Below are positions 56,252-64,000 of a stretch of DNA of 64,000 nt, one piece after another. A model generated the notes under the pieces. The model did not search any database. It saw only the letters and a list, made by a program, of their open reading frames with translations, and was not told the origin of the DNA. The stretch spans positions 150,598,001 through 150,662,000 of the forward strand of contig OX597814.1 in assembly GCA_951406725.2 (NCBI GenBank). The letters are read 5' to 3'. The position numbers were made by a program, and so were the translations under genes. This DNA is from Octopus vulgaris (taxonomy: Eukaryota). Within the stretch, counting starts at the first letter, position 1. Every line of letters begins with the position of its first letter.

Positions 56252-56661
56252 AAGGCGGTGAGCTGGCAGTTACGTTAAGCACGCCGGACGAAATGCTTAG
56301 CGATATTTCGTCTGCCGTTACGTTCTGAGTTCAAATTCCGCCGAGGTTGACTTTGCCTTTCACCCTTTCGTGGTCGATAAATTAAGTACCAGTTACTCAT
56401 TGGGGTCGATGTAATCGACTTAATCCGTTTATCTGTCCTTGTTTGTCCTCCCTGTATTTAGCCCCTTGTGAGTAGTAAAGAAATAGGCATTTCGTCTGCC
56501 GTTACGTTCTGAGTTCAAATTCCACCGAGGTCGACTTTGCTTTCATCCTTTCGGGGTCGATTAAATAAGTACCAGTAACGCACTGGGGTCGATATAATCG
56601 TCTTAATCGTTTGTCTGTCCTTCTTTGTCCTCTCTGTGTGCAATAAAGAAATAAGAAATAT
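56252..56661 (+). mobile_element. SINE B dimer with TSD
   Basis: Two tandem bodies; the flanking repeat agaaatattacccaag occurs at 56239-56254 and 56654-56669. Confidence 0.88.
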
Positions 56662-57461
56662 TACCCAAGAAACACAGGTTCAATGTTATATGATAATCCC
56701 TTTATTTACATCATTCTTTCATATATTGACCAGTTATGAAAATCTGATGTTCGGCGTCAGTATCAACATCTTATTGCCTCAACGTATTACATTCCACGGA
56801 AACTGCAGCAGTATAAACAACTGAAGCTTAGTCTCAAAGCCAAATTATCAGAATATGGGTACAGCTGTTAAAGTCTGCTGATGTTGTTAATGACTGACAA
56901 TTTACAGCTTGTAATGTTAAGTAAGTTTATAAAATATACGTTTATGATTTATATAGGTATATGATGTTTATAATATTTCCTGTAATTATATTATGTTTAC
57001 AACATTTTCTGTGATTATGTTGTGGTTTATCATCTCCAGCGTACTGCGTGTGTATTTCCTCTATCGTATGCGTATAATATTTTTTACCAATTCTGGAATC
57101 AGCTCACAAGATAAAATAGACACATCTCCCTTCTATTAACACAGTACTACGTGGGTTCTCGCCCTGTCTCTCTCACTCTCATTCTTTCTTTCTCTCTCTC
57201 ACCCTCTCCTTCTCTCTTTCTACACACACACATATTATATATATATATATATATATATATGTGTGCATATATATATGTATATATATATGCATATATATAT
57301 GTATATATATGCATATATATATGTATATATATATGTATATATATACATATATGTATATATATATATATATGTATCTATACATATATGTATATATATACAT
57401 ATATGTATATATATGTATATATATACATATATGTATATATATATGCATATATATATATAAT

Positions 57462-60400
57462 TTTAATCCAAACGGGAAACAAAAAAACAACAACAAGGGA
57501 ACAATTACAGTATTATTATTAATAGGCGCTCAGGAAATGGAAGCAGGGAGGTATGACGTTTCGAGCGGAGCTCTTCGTCGGAAACATAAAGAAGGAAGAG
57601 AGAGGAAAGAAAGATCCCGGAGCGGGCAACGGAGATAGAGAAAAAAACGGCTGGTGTTAGCAGTAGCACATGGTGAAAGGCGGATGTTTACGATAACAAG
57701 AGCAAAGTGGGTTTTTAAAGGCAAAAGAGTGGAGACAAGGTTGGTAACGCAACAGATGTGTGTGTATGTGTGAGTGTGTGCGTGTGCGTGTGTGTATGTG
57801 TGTGTGTGAGGCGAGGTAAAAAAACAAAAAATATATGTATGTGTTAGTGTGTGCGTCTGTGTGTAGGCGTGTGAGGTAGGGCGAGACGGTGGTCAGCATA
57901 GCAGCAGCATAGCAGACAAAGGTCTGTAGTGAGAAAAGGGAGGAAGGAGGAAGGGAGGGAGGGGAAGGGGTGGGGGCGTATGTAGCGTGCCAGCGTGTGT
58001 TGAGTAGTAGTGTGTGTGTGTGTCCAGTGTCGTGGTAGTATTAGTGGCGAGTAGATTGAATGTGTGTAAGAGTGATGTATATGTTTAAGCAATGTGTGTA
58101 TATGTGTGCGCGTGTGTGTAACGAAAAAAAAGGGGGGGGGTTAGGAAAAGGACTCCAGCGGAGGGGAAGATGGAAGAGTGGTCCCGCGGAGACGGCGTGG
58201 GAAAACCCAACGACAAGCGACATCCCAGGAACGGGCGGGAGGTCTCGTCGGGTCCAAGGGCGAGGTGCATGCGGGCGCATGCGTGCGCGAACCGGCGCAA
58301 ACGCGTGTGTGCGCGAGCCTGCGAGTGTGCGCGTACGTATGTGTGCGTGTGGATGTGTGAGTGTGTCTGTGTGTATGTCTGGGTGGCAGTGTGTCCGATG
58401 AATGTATGTGAGTATGTGTGTATATATGTGTGTGCATAGATGTATGTCCGTGTGTGTGTGTGTGTGTATGTGTGTATGAGTGTGTATGTATGTACGTGTG
58501 GGTGTGGGGAAGTGTGTGTATGTGCATGTGTGTGCGCGAACATACAGGTGTGTGAGTGAGTGCGTGTGTGTGTATGTATGTGTGAGTGTGTATGTATGTG
58601 TGTGTAGGATGCATGTATGTGTATGGGTGTATGTATGCGTGTGTGTATGTATGTATGTGTACGTGCGTGTGTGTGTGTGTATGCGTGTAGGTGTGCGCGT
58701 GTGCATGCGTGCATGTATGTGCGTATGTGTGTGTGTGTGCATGTGTGTGGGTATATATGTGTGTGCGTATATGTGTGTGTATGTGCGTACATGTGTGTGT
58801 GTGTGCATGTGTGTGTGTAGGTGTGTAGGCGTGTGTGTATAGGTGTATGTATGTAAGTATGTATGGGTGTGTCCGTGTATGTGTGTATGTATGTGTGTGT
58901 ATGTAGCTGTGTGGGCGTGTGTATATGTGTGTGTATGTAGGTGTGTAGGCGTGTGTATATAGGTGTATGTATGTATGTCTGGGTGTGTCCGTGCATGTTT
59001 GTGTGTGTGTGTGTGTGCATGTGTATGTAGGTGTGTGTGTACGTGTGTAATGTATGTGTGTATGCGTGTGTATGCGTGCGTGTGTGTATGTAGGTGCGTG
59101 TGTATGTGTGTGGGAGTGTAGGTGTGTGTGTGCGTGTGCGTGTTTATGTTGGTGTGTGCGTATGTGAGTGTGAGTGTATGAGTGTTTGTCATGCATGTGT
59201 GTGCGCGTGCAGGTGAGTGTGTGTGTAAGTATGTGTGTGTGTATGTTTGTGTGAGTGTGTATGTGTGTATGTCTGTGTGTATGTATGTGCGTATAGGAGT
59301 ATGTAGGTATGTGTGTGTGTATGTATATGGGTGTATGTATGTGTGTGTGTGTGCATGTGTATAAGTATATGCGTGTGTGCGTATGTGTGTGTATGTGTAT
59401 GTGTGTGTGTTTATGTATGTGTGTATGTATGTGTGTAGGCGTGAGTGTGTAGATGTATCTATGTATGGGTGTGTGTCAGTGTGTGTTTGTGTGTGTGTAG
59501 GTAGATGTGTGTGTCTGAGTGAGGGTATGGCTGTGTAGGTGTGTGTGTGTATGAATGTAAGTGTGTGCGTATACAAGTGTAATGTATGTATGTGGGTGTG
59601 TGTGTGTGTGTGTATGTGTACGTGTGCGTGTGTATGTGTGTGTGTGTATGCGTGTGAGTGTGGGTGTATGGGTGTATGTCTGTGTGTGTGTATGTCTGAA
59701 GTGGGTATGTGTGTGTATGTATGTATGTGTGTGTGTGTGCGGGTATGTGTGTGTGTGTATGTGTGTGTGTGAGTAGGTGTGCGTGTATGTATGTGGGTAG
59801 GGATGCATGCGAGTGTGTGGGTATGTATGCAAACATACGCAAGCGCACAACCGAAGCAAGCCCACACACACGAAGCGCGCTCACGCACACAACGCACAAG
59901 CAGTGCAACGCAAGCCCAAAGGGGCCGACCGAGCCCCAGCGCGCGCCAAGGCGCGCGAGCGCAAAGGCCCTCGAACGCCCCGCTACGCGGGAACCGAGGA
60001 TCCATCAGCCAAAACCGGAAAGCAGAAAAGAGGGGGGGGGCTGCCTGGATGCAAAAAGGTGTATGTGTGTGTGCATTCAGTGTACGGGTGTATATATATA
60101 CATATATGTATATATATATGTATATATATACATATATGTCTATATATATACATATATGTATATATATACATATATATACATATATGTATACACACAACTA
60201 CGCACACTGCACACACACACACTACCACTCAACACACACACTGGCACGTTACATACGCCCCCAGCTTTTCCCTCCTTCCCTTCTTCCCTCCTTCCTCCCT
60301 TTTTTTTACCACTGACCACTCACTCGAGACTTGCTATGTCATCCGTTCGCCCTGCATGAACTAACATATACATATTTTTTGTTTTTTTTATCTCGCCTCA

Positions 60401-60887
60401 CACACACATACACACACGCACACGCCCACACTCACACATACATACACACGCACACACACATACCTCCCTGTTTCTGATCTGCCTTTCTGACTTGCTAGGG
60501 TACCCCCACACCACTCCTTTAATTCTACTACTGCCTCCACCATACACACACATACACACACACGCACACACTTACACACACACCCTCGTCATCTCGCACA
60601 CCTTTTTTACCATTCCCTCTTTGATTCAGCTCTCCTGTTTTTAAAAAACATTTTCCTCCTTTTTACCACTTCCGTCTTTTTAGTATGTGACCTCGTGAAG
60701 ACTACCTGCAATTTTTTTTTCCTCTGTCCTCCCGTCTCGGGATCTTTCTTTCTCCTATGTTTCCGACGAAGAGCTCCGCTGGAAACGTCATACCCTCCTT
60801 CTTCCATTTTCCTGAGCGCCTAATAATAATAATACTCTAATTGTTCCACGTGTTGTTGTTTTTTCTGTTTTCCCGTTTGGATTAACC
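57462..60887. mobile_element. 3.4-kb inverted composite of H1-type PLE-derived arms, HHRs at 57551-57585 (-) and 60759-60793 (+)
   Basis: Imperfect inverted arms at ~57462-58030 and ~60200-60887 (e.g. 57805-57847 vs 60361-60402; 57940-58015 vs 60215-60300). The interior is degenerate (GT)n with two GC-rich blocks. (TA)n lies outside both ends. Confidence 0.75.
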
Positions 60888-60927
<40 letters not shown>

Positions 60928-61052
60928 ATATACATGCATACATACATATAGACATATATATTTATATATATATCTACAACGGCGGTGCATCAGCATGACC
61001 GCAGCTATGAGCTGAAACTACAGCATATATATATATATATATATATATCAAA

Positions 61053-61083
<31 letters not shown>

Positions 61084-61093
61084 CATATAAATG

Positions 61094-61135
<42 letters not shown>

Positions 61136-61137
<2 letters not shown>

Positions 61138-61351
61138 GAAGAGGTGCTGAGAAGTTTCCCGCTTTGAGTGAAAAAAAATACAAGATCAGTTAATTATGAT
61201 TTTATCCAGCACATTCCTCTCTCAGATTCCCACACTTATTGCAGAGGTCGTTCAGGTTTTCTAAGCCGTGTGAAACTACACGGAAGGTTATGCCTTTAAA
61301 CAGGCCTTTCGCGACACCCTTAAAGCCAGGAACGTTTCAGACCCCACTCGT
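61136..61351. mobile_element. Mariner-type MITE, same family as 17134-17341
   Basis: TIRs acgaagaggtgctgagaagtttcccgcttt / aaagccaggaacgtttcagaccccactcgt, in TA context. Confidence 0.7.
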
Positions 61352-61464
61352 GTATATATATATGTGTGTGTGTGTGTGTATATGCATTTATTTATACGTA
61401 TGTGTGTGTACGTGTGTGTGTATGAAACTTTTATGTATGTTCGCGTGTGCGCGTATATATATTC

Positions 61465-61681
61465 TCTTTTCTCTTTTACTCTCTTTTGTTTCAGTCATTT
61501 GACTGTCGCCATACTGGAGCACTGCATATTAGTCTAGCAAATCCACCCCAGGACTTATTCTTTGTAAGTCTAGTACTTATTCTATCAGTCTAGTGTTTAC
61601 GGGGACGTAAACACACCAGCATCGGTTGTCAAGCGATGTTGGGGGACAAACACAGACACACAAACACACACACACACACAC

Positions 61682-61742
<61 letters not shown>

Positions 61743-61907
61743 TATACATATATACGACGGGCTTCTTTCAGTTTCCGTCTACCAAATTCTTTGATCGGCC
61801 TGAGGTTACAGTAGTATACATTTGCCGAAGGTGCCACGCAGTGGGACTGAACCCGGAAACATGTGGTTCATAAGCAGGCTACTTACCACACAGCCTCTCC
61901 TACGCCT
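61465..61907 (-). mobile_element. SINE family A
   Basis: Reverse complement of the full family sequence. Confidence 0.88.
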
Positions 61908-61910
61908 ATA

Positions 61911-61959
<49 letters not shown>

Positions 61960-61974
61960 CAGAGAGAGAGAGAG

Positions 61975-62065
<91 letters not shown>

Positions 62066-63334
62066 GTCAGAGAAATTTTTAGTGATCATATATTTTTATC
62101 TTCATTGTGAAAAGTGGTTAGATCATGAGTTTCACCTTCGGTGAGCGGGATAAAATCGATCGATCTGACTAGTTTGAATGGTTATTAACACTTTATCAGA
62201 GATTGTTAACTGAATGAAATTAATCTTTTTGTCAGCCTAGATGACAACCATAATGTCTATCTTTCATTGTAGAAATAAAAATGTGTACTTACTAAAAAGC
62301 ACACGTTCTAAAGTTTAGTTATCATCGTTATTTATCGTGAACATTCCACCTCCTGACCGAAGCAGTCCTTGAAATAGTTGTTGCCTGATTTCTGCCTCAT
62401 CAAATCTATCCATAGCACATAATATATTTGACCATTTATCTCATTGAACTCTATTAAATTTCAAGCCAAATGTTCCAGCTTTTACGTTCAGCAGTCACAT
62501 TACCTGGAGTAATGTGCTTCTCTCATGAACTATCTGACATAAATAAGTAGATGACCAAAAATCTATTAGTGCATGCGTGTGCGTGCGTGTGAGTGCGTGC
62601 GTGCGCGCCTACATTTTTGCATATATGACAATACGCTGTCGTTTGGAGAAATGTAAAACTGGTTAATTGAGATTATCTCAGTAATTAGGAAACAGAAATT
62701 CCCCCAAGCACTATCTAAATTAGAAAAACAAAAAGCAAAAAGAAATAAACCCACTATTTTGTGTTAATTCAAATTTTGCAAAATTAAGACAAATGCATAT
62801 TGAAGTGCCATTTGTTTCTAAAGACAACTGTAATTACTTTCTCTGCAAAATTTCTTTTAGCTGATAATAGAGTTGTCTTCATCCTCTGCCATTTCTCTGT
62901 TTTAAATATCTTTAGAAGAGTCTTTAATCTTCTAATTGCATGGGTAAATGCAATTGTATGTGTGTTTAGAATGAAGAATAGTCCATTGAGGTAGTTTCCC
63001 TCAACCATATTGCGTATAGATACATACATGCATGTATGTATGTATGTATGTATGTATGTATGTATGTATGTATGTATGTATGTATGTATGTATGTATGTA
63101 TGTATGTATGTATGTATGTATGTATGAATATATGTATGTATGTATGTATGCATGTATGTACCTATGTATGTATGTATGTATGTATGTACAGTGCAACCTG
63201 TGGAAAAGTGTACCTTTCAGACGGGGAGTTGAAAAGGTATGTCACCCGTTCTTTCAATCAGCCAACACAGTTGTGCATTATGCAGTAGGCCTCATGTTGC
63301 ACCATCAGTGACTCGTTTCAATGATTCTTTCTAA

Positions 63335-63689
63335 CAATGATTCCGGGTTCAATCCCACTGCGTTACAACTTGAGCAAGCACCTTCTACTATAGCCACTGG
63401 TCGACCAAAACCTTGTGAGTGATTTGGTAGACGGAAACTTAAAGAAACCCGCCGTATATGTGTATGTGTGTGTGTGTGTTTGTATCTGTGTTTGCCTCCC
63501 CATCACTGCTTGACAAGCGGTGTTGGTATTTTTACGTCCCCGTAACTTAGCGTTTCGGCAAAACATCCCAAAGAATAGGTACTAGGTTTAAAAAATAAGT
63601 CCTGGGATCGATTTGTTCGACTAACACCCTTCAAAGGGCTGCTCAACCATGGCAGCAGTCAAATGAGTGAAACAAGTAAAAGAATAAAA
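63335..63689 (+). mobile_element. SINE family A
   Basis: B-box gggttcaatccc through the tail aagtaaaagaataaaa. Confidence 0.85.
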
Positions 63690-64000
63690 ACATATAGTTT
63701 ACTTTTCCGTTAAGCTAAGATTGACAAAATAAATACTCGATACGGTATGGGAGGTGAATTTGGTTTATTGTACACAGTTTATAGTTATGATCTACGAATA
63801 GTTTCACACACTGGAGATGTTTCCCTAAAAAGGTTTTAATAACACACCTAGTGCCTGCAGGCAATCTTCTCGGCAATGAGCTTAGAGCCAGAAAGATTGC
63901 TTGGAGACATTAGGCAAGTTATTAAAACCTGCTAAACAACATCTCCACTGCATGAAACTATTAGTAACTCATAACTATATATGCAATAAATTATATATAT

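Noticed and set aside
58041-60197. 718-aa His/Thr-rich ORF
   Set aside because: Translation of degenerate (CA)n repeats; overlapping frames are equally open and there is no domain signature.

Overview
Eukaryotic, AT-rich, microsatellite-saturated intergenic or intronic DNA. The SINE and repeat repertoire looks like an octopus (coleoid cephalopod) genome; this is an inference from recall, not a search. No host protein-coding gene is supportable, and almost every ORF in the supplied track is a microsatellite artefact. The one real long ORF (13931->10203, minus strand, with its C-terminus continuing after a 1-nt frameshift to 10007) is a very young Penelope-like retroelement (PLE) encoding reverse transcriptase plus a GIY-YIG endonuclease. 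It has a pseudo-LTR, an ~800-bp inverted 5'-truncated partner copy and (TA)n flanks. The main hidden signal is at the RNA level. About a dozen minimal type-I hammerhead-ribozyme (HHR) folds, from at least six different small-element families plus the PLE itself, lie in small elements at or near (TA)n or other dinucleotide tracts. They include a 364-nt retrozyme-like tandem unit. The catalytic 3-8 base pair occurs in three compensatory versions (C3-G8, U3-A8, G3-C8), and two families share non-canonical cores (U4C, A6U). The rest of the window is a cluster of Dong/R4 LINE fragments in (TAA)n, Tc1/mariner relics and MITEs, a GG-terminated MITE with an 8-bp TSD and internal TTAGGG repeats, foldback elements and three tRNA-type SINE families.
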